From: Minisyncoccota bacterium
Lineage (GTDB): Bacteria; Patescibacteriota; Microgenomatia; UBA1400; UBA12028
Direction: 5' to 3'
Length of the DNA: 60,361 nucleotides
NCBI GenBank assembly: GCA_003487265.1
Contig: DNEP01000010.1
Span: 1-60,361 of the forward strand
The notes below the pieces were generated by a model. That model was not told where the DNA came from. It searched no databases and saw nothing but the letters and a program-made list of their open reading frames with translations. The first letter of the stretch is position 1; each line of letters begins with the position of its first letter. Shown here in pieces: positions 43,252-52,971 of the stretch. A program made the position numbers and the translations under genes.

Positions 43252-43418
43252 AAGATAAAATCAAGATTTCACTTTCCTAATGAAGTTGAGATTATGCAAT
43301 TAATCTTCCTGATGTAACCTCAAATACACTACAATTCCAAAAACCATATATTAATATCTTGTTTTCTCTTTCATCTAGACTAGTCTTCGACATATTTCAA
43401 GGTATGGTAACCATCATT

Positions 43419-44198
43419 TCATTTTGTTATTGTGAAATCTAACTTTAGTAGTGCGATTTCAAGTTCATCGCAGTTATCGGCTAAGCTTGATTTTGTAGCA
43501 ATAAGATAGTCCTTCAAAAGTTTCAATGATTCTTGCTGTTTTTCAAGTCAGTAGGAGTTTACTTGTTTTTCAAAAAGAATTGGAACAATTCTACTTAAAA
43601 AGTAGAGCCAAAATATCGAGACCTGTGCTGAATATGAAAACATTTCCTCATTGATTTGACAGCCGTATTCAATAGATGAAAGCTCCTTGCTATTCGCTTT
43701 TCTCAATGTTTCTATGACTTTTAGTTTATTGCCATGAGTAAATGAGGATGGCACATTGTAAATATCGTTTAGAAATAGAAGCCCCAACTGGTTGTGAAAT
43801 GACTGCAAACTAGAACTCTGGACAATTCTCATAAGTCTTTGTGGTTTATGTCTGAGTGCTAATGCTCGAACTGCTGCATCATGTACTCTTCGTAATGTGT
43901 TTATTGATTCCGACTGATATCCATTTAGATTATCCAGAAAGGCAGGTCGCAGTGAAGTCATTGCTTCTGAAAAGTATGCCGCAATAATTCCGTATGAACG
44001 ATCCAAATTTGTATGTTTTATAGCTAAAGACAAAAAATAGTAACCATACTCCCAAACTGTTACATAAACTTTGAATTTTCCATATAAAGCAGTTTTACAT
44101 TCGCTTTCAGCATCATAAAGAAAAAGATTTGCCTCATAAGCAGCTTGTAAGTTTATCAAATAGGAATGAGGATCAAAAATCTGATCAGGTTCTGTCAT
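43419..44198 (-). pseudogene. DUF5677/HEPN-like helical protein, probably truncated by an in-frame TGA at 43548-43550
   Basis: GYQSESINTLRRVHD and IYNVPSSFTHGN motifs; frame stays open 42 codons past the TGA (LEKQQESLKLLKDYL...TITK*). Confidence 0.5.
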
Positions 44199-44412
44199 TT
44201 ACTGAATTATAGATCAAAAGTTTTCGAATTGATGATCACTTGTAAATCAAGAAGTCGCTGCTGTAAAATCTATTTCAGAATAAATGTATTGCTTGAATGA
44301 CTCAATACCAAAGTTCTCAGAATGAACTTGCCAACTAGGTTGCAAAGTGCATCGCAGGTGCTTAAAAAGAGATATAAAAGTGGCACTTCAGTTCTTCTAC
44401 ATGATTAATCTC

Positions 44413-45918
44413 TTAATGCACCCCCTGCGATTTCATTCCCAACGCGGTTTTCTGCCTCAGTGGGGAGGGGTTTAGCGCGTGATACTCTTCTAGCGACCCC
44501 ACCGCGCGAAAAACAAATGACAAAATAATATCCTCAGTAAGATTGAAAACATGAAAAGGAATTGTTGGTACACTGTAGGGCAAAAACAACATATCGGCGC
44601 TACGCGTCTCGCCTTCAACAAACGACGGCAATCCAAAAGGCAACATCTTTCCATCTAAATATTTTGTCCGCGCGGACGCTTCACCCACATACGGCTTAAA
44701 AAACTTGCCCCGTTGATCCACGCAGTACTGCATTCCACCGGGGGATTCAATCGTACCGCCACCAACAATCCGTGACACGCCAATCGCGGTCGCTCCGACT
44801 GCCAAGGTCGTCGCAATATGATCGCTTGCACCTCCCTCAACAATAACCGGTAACCTCGTTTCACCACGCAACTTCCAAACAAGTTCGGGCCAGTCGATCA
44901 CCGAACCACTGCGCACCCCCGTGATACATCTCCCACCGCCTCCAATTCCAACATATAATCCATCGGCGCCTGCGCGTTCCAAATCGCGCGCTTGATCAAC
45001 CGAAACAATCTGTCCGACAAAAATCTCAACATCATCACCAAATTCTTTCCTCATACGCCCAAGCGTATGAAGAGCACCCAATCCGGGTTCGGGCGAATAA
45101 ATGCGAAATGCGCGAACGCCTACATCAAAAAGTGCATGTGCGCGTTGCAACGCTCGGTCTGGCTCGACTTCGAGCACCCCCATAACATTATGTTTCCACT
45201 GATCAAGTAAAAACGTTTGCTCTTTGGACGAACGACCAATCAATACTTCACTTTCTTCCAATGCTTTCCACGTCTCCTTTACCAAATCCGTCTGCCGTTT
45301 AACCTCGGAGAACGGTCCATTTCGAGGTACTCCCACCAAACAATGGCACTGAGCCATGGTTGAGATAGCCGAGACACTTCCATAGATATCGGGCATCGCG
45401 GATCCAACGAGCAACGCGCGCGCGCGTTTTCCCAACTTTACAAACGGACCATGCAAAAAGCGCGCGGTGCGAGAGACACGCTCACGATCGGAACCTACGA
45501 CGGAAACACCTAAATCCTCGATCGAAGCGGCAAGCCCACGAGAACTGATCATGCTCATCACATCACTTGAAACTTGCGGAGGTGGCACAAACGCGGTATT
45601 TTGAACACGCTGTAAATATTTCATTCGTTCTGGATGGTTAAAAAGTTCCAAAAAGTACTGTCGCGTGCGAAGATATCGAACCATCTCATCTGGTTCGATC
45701 ATCGCTTTGTGCACATATGGCAAAAAATCAAACGGTGTTGTGAGCATTCCTTGACTTGGATACGCATGTTCGTTTTCACGGCTTTCTAAATACCAAAACT
45801 TCAAATACGCAGACATATCGGTTTCAAAGGGAGCAAGTTTTTGTGCAATAAAGTTCTCCCACACATCAACATCTCGAAAACTTGAAAATGATGGGATTGC
45901 AAGTGATGTTTGTTTCAT
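44413..45918 (-). CDS. Divergent IMP dehydrogenase/GMP reductase family protein
   Basis: GSAMPD, AGADGLYVGIGGGGRCIT (catalytic Cys loop), PVIVEGG, GTIESPG, KPYVGEAS, VEG. Confidence 0.8.
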   Translation of the reverse strand: MKQTSLAIPSFSSFRDVDVWENFIAQKLAPFETDMSAYLKFWYLESRENEHAYPSQGMLTTPFDFLPYVHKAMIEPDEMVRYLRTRQYFLELFNHPERMKYLQRVQNTAFVPPPQVSSDVMSMISSRGLAASIEDLGVSVVGSDRERVSRTARFLHGPFVKLGKRARALLVGSAMPDIYGSVSAISTMAQCHCLVGVPRNGPFSEVKRQTDLVKETWKALEESEVLIGRSSKEQTFLLDQWKHNVMGVLEVEPDRALQRAHALFDVGVRAFRIYSPEPGLGALHTLGRMRKEFGDDVEIFVGQIVSVDQARDLERAGADGLYVGIGGGGRCITGVRSGSVIDWPELVWKLRGETRLPVIVEGGASDHIATTLAVGATAIGVSRIVGGGTIESPGGMQYCVDQRGKFFKPYVGEASARTKYLDGKMLPFGLPSFVEGETRSADMLFLPYSVPTIPFHVFNLTEDIILSFVFRAVGSLEEYHALNPSPLRQKTALGMKSQGVH

Positions 45919-45991
45919 GAACAATTGAAGTGTATCATATGTTATGCATTTGAAATAAGACGTTGCGAGTAATAATGGTAATCTAGAAAGG

Positions 45992-46189
45992 GTGAATATG
46001 ACAGTAATTGAAAGAGTTGAAACAAACCAAATCTTTGCTCAGATGGATCAACAATTTTCAGCCTTATTAGCATCAGAAGGTAATTATAAAAAGGCTATGA
46101 ATGCAATGGGTAGATATGGTTACTCATTGTCTACAATTGAGGCTTGGTTCGAATGGAGACGTGCCTCTCGCCCCCACGTCACTTCCTAA
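45992..46189 (+). CDS. Small hypothetical protein
   Basis: 65 aa ORF filling an intergenic gap, TGGTAATCT 7 nt upstream. Confidence 0.5.
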   Translation: MNMTVIERVETNQIFAQMDQQFSALLASEGNYKKAMNAMGRYGYSLSTIEAWFEWRRASRPHVTS

Positions 46190-46201
46190 TCTAATCATTC
46201 C

Positions 46202-46498
46202 ATGCCTGTAAAATATAAACAAACCATCGATCAAGTTTATGAAGCGCACAAGCAACTCTTTATTGCGTTCAAGATTTTGCATGACATCTACGCAAAGGAT
46301 AAAAAAAAGAATCAGCAAGCATTTAACGAACAAGGCTCGCAAGTTTTAGAAATCCTTCGAGAAGCAGAACGAAAGTTGTGTCATGGGATGGAGCGGGGAA
46401 AGTACGCGTCATTTTCTGCTCAACTCGCCTCAAAGTTTTGGGATGAAGTGAAAAAAACCTATCCTCTGATTGATTTTGTTGGCGCAATCATCGAATAA
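46202..46498 (+). CDS. Hypothetical protein
   Basis: 98 aa helical ORF with protein-like composition. Confidence 0.7.
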   Translation: MPVKYKQTIDQVYEAHKQLFIAFKILHDIYAKDKKKNQQAFNEQGSQVLEILREAERKLCHGMERGKYASFSAQLASKFWDEVKKTYPLIDFVGAIIE

Positions 46499-46545
46499 CT
46501 TTTAACCTCAATCGCACGGTAGTATGAACATGCTAGAATGCGGTG

Positions 46546-47832
46546 ATGCAACGGTTTACGGCTTTTAGCAATCAAATTAAACATCTCTTATTGGTCAACA
46601 CCTCAACAAAACAAACGCTTGTTAAAAATTCATTTTGGCTCGCGCTTATTGAGATTGTTTCAAAAGTCCTGTTGTTCATCATTACCATTTCCATTGTTCG
46701 ATATCTTGGTGCCAGCGAGTTTGGTCGCTATAACTACGCGCTCTCGTTTGTTGGAATCGCGATGATTATTTCTGATCTGGGAGTGAGCACCATCCTCACC
46801 CGAGAAATTGCGAAAAATAAAGCACTCGCGAGTCGGTATTTAGCCGACGCCACCGTGGTAAAAGGGGTGACCGCAGTCGTCATCATGTTCGCGCTAGTTA
46901 TCATTTTGCCCTTATTTGACGCAACTCGCGAAGACCCCGCATTGTTTTTACTCACAGGTTTGTACTTGCTTGCGCAAGGCATGATCAATATTTATACATC
47001 TGTTCTTGCCGCGCTCGAGCGCATGGAACATCTGTTTATCATTCGTGTTGCTCAATACGGACTCATGTTTAGTAGTGCGTTTCTTGTTATCTTTCTTCAT
47101 CTTCAACTTGATCAACTCATGTTGCTTTACACACTCTCAGCGACACTAGCGATGGGTATTTCTGCAGTACTCGTGAAATCTCAAGGCGTCGCATTGATCG
47201 AAAAACCTACAATGCCATCACTGATCATGATGCTGAAAGAGGCGCTGCCTATTTTCGGCATGTTGGCGATCACCCAGGTGTACGCAAATCTTGACACTGT
47301 TTTGATTCGACAGTTTTTTGGAAACGAAGAAGTCGGGTTGTATCACGCGGGATACAAAATCCTATTTGCTCTGCAAGCGATCACCTTTATCAGCACCGCC
47401 ACTTCACCAAGAATCTCTGCATTTTGGCACACCGGTGAAATGGAAAAACTGCGAAAACTTGCTCGAGTGGTGTTGCAGTGGAGCATTCTCGGTCTCACTC
47501 CAATTGTGTTGCTTTTTCTCTTTGGAAGTAATGCCATTGTCACCACAATTTACGGATCACAATATCATGCCTCTGCCCCAGCGCTTACATTTTTGGGACT
47601 TGCTGGTGTTCTCATGTACTTCCGATACTTTTTTGGAAACTTTTTTGTTGCGAGTGGAAACCAAAAAACATTGTTTTTTATTTATGCTCTTGGGCTTGTT
47701 GTAAATGTAAGCCTAAACCTGCTCTTTCTTTATCAATACGGATTTGTTTTTGCCGCGTTTTCATTATGTGTATCGGAAATATGCATGGTCACACTGAGCG
47801 GAAATAAGCTAAGGAAAATCCTTCAGCAATAA
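46546..47832 (+). CDS. Wzx-type oligosaccharide flippase
   Basis: LVKNSFW, RYLGASEFGRY, DLGVSTILTREIA, EVGLYHAGYK; about 12 TM helices. Confidence 0.9.
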   Translation: MQRFTAFSNQIKHLLLVNTSTKQTLVKNSFWLALIEIVSKVLLFIITISIVRYLGASEFGRYNYALSFVGIAMIISDLGVSTILTREIAKNKALASRYLADATVVKGVTAVVIMFALVIILPLFDATREDPALFLLTGLYLLAQGMINIYTSVLAALERMEHLFIIRVAQYGLMFSSAFLVIFLHLQLDQLMLLYTLSATLAMGISAVLVKSQGVALIEKPTMPSLIMMLKEALPIFGMLAITQVYANLDTVLIRQFFGNEEVGLYHAGYKILFALQAITFISTATSPRISAFWHTGEMEKLRKLARVVLQWSILGLTPIVLLFLFGSNAIVTTIYGSQYHASAPALTFLGLAGVLMYFRYFFGNFFVASGNQKTLFFIYALGLVVNVSLNLLFLYQYGFVFAAFSLCVSEICMVTLSGNKLRKILQQ

Positions 47833-47837
47833 CGCGA

Positions 47838-49862
47838 TCACCCCGCACCACCTCCACCGCCGCCACCACCTCCACCACCGCCTCCAGAAGAACCGCCACT
47901 ACTTCCAGCCCCAGAAGCGCCGAATCCACTACTCATAGACTGATTCAAACCAGAAAATGCCGACGCGATTTCTCCAAAACTCGATCCCAAGCTCGAAACG
48001 CCATCAACTCCCATTGCGCTTGCGTTAAGATTATTCGCTCCTCCCCAATATGTCACCCCATTTTCAGTAGCGGGAAATGCGATTGGGAGTTGAAAAAGCG
48101 TTTTCGCCGAAACACCTAACGCCGTTCCGTAAATCAAAAACTTTTCCCAAATCAACAATGAGTCAATAGGTGACTGAACAGTTGAGCGATAATCAATCAA
48201 ATGTTTTTTAAACTGCAACCATTTCACAGCCTCGGTATATCCAAGTTCAGTGCGTTTTTCACCATTACTATAAAATAGCATTGAGCAAAGAAGGGAGAAC
48301 AGTCCAAGAAGGAACTGTAATGCGACAGGAACATCGATTAGCCATTGATTAAAATATGGTGTTACAAATTTCGACACCATGATCGAAGAAAAAATAAGAT
48401 TCAAGATACCCAGAATAAAGATCGCGACAAATTTGAGCGACAAACTCATCTTATTTGTATGCGCAACCTGTGATAAAAATGCCTCACTCACATTCTGCTT
48501 CAACGTTTGATAACTCACCGAATCAAAAAAAGCTTTTGCAGAAATCGCATTCGATCAAATCCAATTGCCCATTGAAGCGATAGGAATAACAAGCAATGAT
48601 TTTCCACCCAATGTTTTTTGTTCTTTTGTAAATCGGTCTAAAAATGCGTAAACTTCATGTGAAAGAGAAGGAATTTCCTTACGAAAACCACCATTCTCGT
48701 CCATATTCCCTAGTAACTCGAGATAATACCGATATTTTGGAAATAGCAATCCTTCTTTTGAATCACTGCGGTGCAACTTTATTGCTCGAAGTTGGATCAA
48801 CTGCAAAATGGCAGCAGAAATCGCCCGCGGACGAACCTTTGTACCGGTTGAAAGTAGCATATCCAGTTGAAGTGGATGAAGTGAACTGGGAGGCTCCCAT
48901 TGCCCCTCGCTTGAAAGAAAAAAATGGGGAAGAGATCGATCTTTGTGTGTGGTGAAAAAAGAGAAAAGCAGATAGATGAAAAAAGCAACCGCGACAGAAA
49001 AAGAAACCCATTCAAAAATCCACACCACCCGAAGAACATCGCCATTCTTTTGTAGTTTTTCTTGCGTTTCCTTGATAAACTTTTCTTCTTGTTTCACGAT
49101 TTGCGCTTTCGACCCCGATCCTTGAACCGATGTCCGAAGGATTCCTGTCGGCCAAATAACACGGCCCTCCCAAAACTGTCCACTGGGGAGTTCGGGAACA
49201 ATAAACGCAATCTTAAATTGTGAATCAGAGATACTCACTCGACCTGAAAGTGGGCCATGCGCCCAAGCCTGAATATTTCCATACTGCACATCCTGAGGAA
49301 ATGATAGCGTCGCGCTCACGTTTTTATGCGCAAGATCCCACTCAGAGCCAATCCACTGCCAATACAACTCGTCAACATCAGACTGCGTTGTTACAGCATT
49401 CAACACGCGATAGGAAATGGTGTAGGTGTTTGTTGTGCTCGTTGCTCGAAAATGCCACTGCAAACGAATTTTGTCTTTCGATGGAATTACAACATAGGTA
49501 TGGTCTGGATTCGAACGCGGGTCGGATGCGTTTGCCTCCTTCAGCGAAAGCTCTCGAAAGCATATTGCACCCTCGCACACGCGAAAATCGGCGATATCGT
49601 AGGGAGCTGTGCGCATCGGAGACACCGCTTGATCTGAATGTACCAAGAAGTCGCGGTACGCAAAACGATAGTCACCATGAAAATCATAGGTTCGCTCCTC
49701 CACAACTTGCATACTTCCATCATGAAATAGCTCTGCCCGAATAGTGGTTTTTGGCAATGCGTACCACTTGTCGGAAGAATCGGCGGACACATGTACTGTG
49801 GGGAATAAGTACGCAAAAAGGCCAATCGTCAGAATAGAGATACGCAAAAAACGTCGCGACAT
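47838..49862 (-). pseudogene. DUF2207 domain membrane protein interrupted by one in-frame TGA (48555-48557)
   Basis: Both ORF-track pieces share a frame (NWI*SNAISAKAFFDSVSYQ); N-part DGSMQVVEERTYDF, DELYWQWIG, WAHGPL; C-part WEKFLIYGTALGV and GGGGG tail. Confidence 0.85.
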
Positions 49863-49948
49863 GAAGATAGTATACCGCTCAACAATGGGAAACACATCTC
49901 TCGTATTTCAAATTGAAATGGATAAGTATTCTGGTATATTATGTGGAT

Positions 49949-50056
49949 ATGGCAAGAATTGAAAAAACCCTTCAATACAATCATGATCAAACTGATCCTT
50001 TGGGACATCTTATGCAGATATTGATGGGATTCATTAAAAGTTTTCTGAAAATATAG
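49949..50056 (+). CDS. Putative 35 aa small protein
   Basis: MARIEKTLQYNHDQTDPLGHLMQILMGFIKSFLKI*; TGGTATATT 8 nt upstream. Confidence 0.4.
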   Translation: MARIEKTLQYNHDQTDPLGHLMQILMGFIKSFLKI

Positions 50057-50068
50057 TGATTCGTGTCG

Positions 50069-50644
50069 TTATCGTGAAGTTCTCGGTTTTACCTCAGAAA
50101 CTTCATTTAATCCTTTTAGAATTTTTTGACACCATGTTGCTTTTTCTGAATCGTTTTGCACCGAATAATACGTAAAATCAGAAATAAGTGCCTCCATAAT
50201 GATATGACGCATGCGAATATTCACAGGTAATTCTTCTGCATTTTTTTTGAATATCGGATTGACCGCGTTTCCATTTGTCGAATCCCAAACCTCTTTAAAC
50301 AATCCCGTTGGGGCTGCATCATTGTTTTCTGTGTCATCAGTAAAATACCCTCTATGAAATAGGCTCAGCAACAAATGGGATTTTTTTCCATTGAATCGTG
50401 CTCCTTTTATTTTCTCCCACAATGATTCAAAAAGAGCCATTCCTGTTAATTGAGGATTTGATTTCTGCAGTTCAGATACCAACCCAACCATTTCACTGAC
50501 AAGATTGCTATAGTCATGCCAATCGTAATTTGGAAAAGCGCTCACATGAGCAATATTTGTATCAGAATGTCGATTAAATTCCTGCACGAATACAGCAAGA
50601 CTTAAATCGTATTGTACTTCACCATGTGTTTCAACGTCGATCAT
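50069..50644 (-). CDS. Hypothetical protein
   Basis: 191 aa AT-rich ORF, no recognised motif. Confidence 0.7.
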   Translation of the reverse strand: MIDVETHGEVQYDLSLAVFVQEFNRHSDTNIAHVSAFPNYDWHDYSNLVSEMVGLVSELQKSNPQLTGMALFESLWEKIKGARFNGKKSHLLLSLFHRGYFTDDTENNDAAPTGLFKEVWDSTNGNAVNPIFKKNAEELPVNIRMRHIIMEALISDFTYYSVQNDSEKATWCQKILKGLNEVSEVKPRTSR

Positions 50645-50676
50645 CTATACCTTTCGTATGTCTGAATGAACAAGAG

Positions 50677-50704
50677 ACGGTACTTTGCTCGAACCTATTT
50701 AGCC
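50677..50704 (+). repeat. Imperfect 28 bp direct repeat, copy A
   Basis: ACGGTACTTTGCTCGAACCTATTTAGCC; 24/28 identical to 51576-51603. Confidence 0.75.
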
Positions 50705-51532
50705 TTAAACTTTTTCTTCTTTGTGTCAGGTAGAAAATTTTCTCCAGTTACCACAGATCTTCCTGTTTTTGCTTCTAACGCTTTTCTCGCATCTTTGGCT
50801 ATCTTACCCCCTTTCCTAGCTGGAGTTTTATTTTTCTTCCAATCCACTCGTTTGTGCGTGTTCGGCAATTTGCCGAGTCGACAGTTCAGCCAAGGCAGCA
50901 AAGATCAATTCGGCTTCACTCATATGATCTCTTAAGTTCTGGGTTTTAAGACCCTTCAGTTCTTTGCGACCTTGTACTGATAACTCACTCCATTCTTGAT
51001 GAATAATATTCGTTAAGATCGCGAATTCACGGTTTTTCTCTACGCCATGTGTGCTCCAATAATCAGTTAATTTGTTTCGAGTTTCCTGACCCATCATTCT
51101 CTGTTGTATCCATTTTTCACTTCGACCCTGCTTTTGCCAGTACTCTCTAGAGCGGTTAAGTGCTTTTTCTGGATCACTCATTTCCTGCATTCGCTCATAA
51201 CCAACTTTTGCCAACCAAAGTTTTATCGGCTCAGCTTTTTTAGAAGGTACAGATTGGATGAGGCGTAAAAGAATTTCTGTACTGGCGGCATCTGTTTTGT
51301 AACTTTTTCCATCAGAAGCTGTCATTTTCAGTTGGTTAATTTTTGTAACCACCTGACTGCCTTCATTTCTCAAATTACTTTTCAGTACTTTCCAGTAATT
51401 TCTAGCATCGGAACTGACCTCCAATGCTTGAATTATGTCTACTACAGAAAAGAACCATGTTTCTGTTTTTTCATCGTAAGTACGACGGATTTTGAAGTTT
51501 TCAAAAATAGTAAGAGAAGTAATATTTTCCAT
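50695..51532 (-). pseudogene. Bro-N domain (phage antirepressor-like) protein with frameshift near C-terminus
   Basis: IRRTYDE...WFFSVVDII, LRLIQSVPSKKAEPIKLWLA, NLRDHM; GAA GAA AAA TAA stop, removing one A restores NKTPARKGGKIAKDARKALEAKTGRSVV (278 aa). Confidence 0.85.
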
Positions 51533-51548
51533 CGGCTTAATTTAGATA

Positions 51549-51758
51549 TTGTTAGATTTTTCTCTGGAGCTGGCAACCGTAATTGGCTCGGACCTATTTA
51601 GCCAGGACGAGTATATCAAACAGTATCTACTCGACCCTGACTTGCCAATTATTTTTAAAATAAAAATCGGTCTTCGCTATTGGGTTACAGCTGACATGAT
51701 TTTACAACATAATGTCTTTAAAGACTATCTTGAGAAAATTAATCCATTTCTATTTTAG
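51549..51758 (+). CDS. Short ORF spanning repeat B, possibly a gene remnant
   Basis: 69 aa TTG-started ORF, no recognised domain. Confidence 0.3.
   Translation: MLDFSLELATVIGSDLFSQDEYIKQYLLDPDLPIIFKIKIGLRYWVTADMILQHNVFKDYLEKINPFLF
51576..51603 (+). repeat. Imperfect 28 bp direct repeat, copy B
   Basis: ACCGTAATTGGCTCGGACCTATTTAGCC, preceded by TGGAGC like the tRNA-Gly 3' end. Confidence 0.75.
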
Positions 51759-51894
51759 AGGTATTTGGCAAACAACGCAAAGATCGAAAAATATGCTAGT
51801 ATCTGGGTACCGAATGATCTTTGCGGCGAACGTACCTTTTCAGGGAGCTGATGGCACAAATTGTGATCCATCTTAGCCGCAGGGACCGAAATTT

Positions 51895-52365
51895 ATGAAA
51901 AAAATAATTGTTGCAATTACCACTAGTACACTTCTCCTGAGTCTATTTACTTTCTTACTTATTCATAAAGATATTGGAACGCTTAGCTATTCGTCTTTGG
52001 CAGTAGTTTCATTATTAGTCGGTTTCGTTATTTACTTTAAGGACGAAATCGGGGAAATTGATTTAAAAAAGATGAAATTAGTTCTTAGAAAAACTCAAAA
52101 GGTGGGGGATAACGTCAATAAAACTGCCAAATCCCTAGCTGAAATTATAGCCAATTTAAGCACATATTCATCTGGATCGTGGTTAAACAGAAAGAAACTG
52201 AACGACGAGGTCGAAAAACTCCTAATCAACATCGATGTTGACCCTAACGAAAGGAAAGAGATACTAGACCTTCCTCGAATTATGGAAAAGGGAATGAAAG
52301 ATATGAAATCTTTAACGCCTGAGGAAAAAGTGAAAGCCGAGGGTGTTTTTAAATTGCAAGAGTAA
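51895..52365 (+). CDS. Hypothetical protein with two N-terminal TM helices
   Basis: Two hydrophobic segments then a charged helical domain. Confidence 0.75.
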   Translation: MKKIIVAITTSTLLLSLFTFLLIHKDIGTLSYSSLAVVSLLVGFVIYFKDEIGEIDLKKMKLVLRKTQKVGDNVNKTAKSLAEIIANLSTYSSGSWLNRKKLNDEVEKLLINIDVDPNERKEILDLPRIMEKGMKDMKSLTPEEKVKAEGVFKLQE

Positions 52366-52370
52366 AGTCC

Positions 52371-52820
52371 TTATTTTTTCGGTTCCCAATTCTGTATCTC
52401 AATAATGTTGCCTTCGGGATCGGCAGCATATGTGAAAACTAGCGTCCCAGATCCGTAGTCTTTACTAACAACTTCTCCAATTTTTTGTCCACCATTTTCA
52501 ATCATTTTCTCTTGAACTGCCTTTACATCATCAACTGAAAAACAAAGATGTCCTATCCCCATTCTATTTGCCACTGGAGGCAATTTGTCCTCCATCTCTT
52601 CATACTGAAAAATCTCCAAAGTTGGTTCATCTTTCTCATATCCAGGTAAAACTAGATGCATGCCTCTTAATTTGGCATTTTTTACACCAGTCCCTTTTTC
52701 CAGCCAATCACCAAAAAGATTTCTTTCGGATGAAGTTTCTTTACATTCAAAAACCTTGATATAAAAATCAGCTAATTTTCGCCAATCTTTAGCGATAATG
52801 TTGGTGTGCATGTATTTCAT
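52371..52820 (-). CDS. VOC/glyoxalase family protein
   Basis: YMHTNI, LEIFQY, GIGHLCFSVDD, YAADPEGNIIEI. Confidence 0.92.
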   Translation of the reverse strand: MKYMHTNIIAKDWRKLADFYIKVFECKETSSERNLFGDWLEKGTGVKNAKLRGMHLVLPGYEKDEPTLEIFQYEEMEDKLPPVANRMGIGHLCFSVDDVKAVQEKMIENGGQKIGEVVSKDYGSGTLVFTYAADPEGNIIEIQNWEPKK

Positions 52821-52879
52821 AGTTTGTTTATGTATTTTACTAGTAACTTTCTATCCATTTATAGTGATTTCTGTACATT

Positions 52880-52953
52880 TGGAGCGGGTAAAGGGAATCG
52901 GACCCTCATATTCTGCTTGGAAGGCAGACGCTCTACCACTGAGCTATACCCGC
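52880..52953 (-). tRNA. tRNA-Gly(TCC)
   Basis: Reverse complement GCGGGTATAGCTCAGTGGTAGAGCGTCTGCCTTCCAAGCAGAATATGAGGGTCCGATTCCCTTTACCCGCTCCA; T-loop TCCGATT. Confidence 0.94.
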
Positions 52954-52971
52954 AATTTTCACACCAAGCAA

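Larger units (their letters stand above)
50677..52879. mobile_element. Small genomic islet downstream of tRNA-Gly(TCC), no integrase
   Basis: AT-rich, mixed-strand accessory genes (Bro-N, VOC, membrane protein) abutting the tRNA 3' end, with degenerate direct repeats. Confidence 0.5.

Noticed and set aside
44199..44412. ncRNA or att copy in the gap after the tRNA-His accessory gene
   Set aside because: No convincing stem-loop, riboswitch consensus or duplicate of the tRNA-His 3' end was found
47838..47935. CCA/CCG-rich trinucleotide repeat
   Set aside because: It encodes the ordinary Gly-rich tail of DUF2207 proteins
43548..48557. TGA reassignment (code 25/4) suggested by two in-frame TGA codons
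   Set aside because: Long conserved genes (dnaE, secA, typA, atpD) contain no internal TGA, and gatA, atpH, atpA and GH57 end in ATGA overlaps, so TGA is a stop
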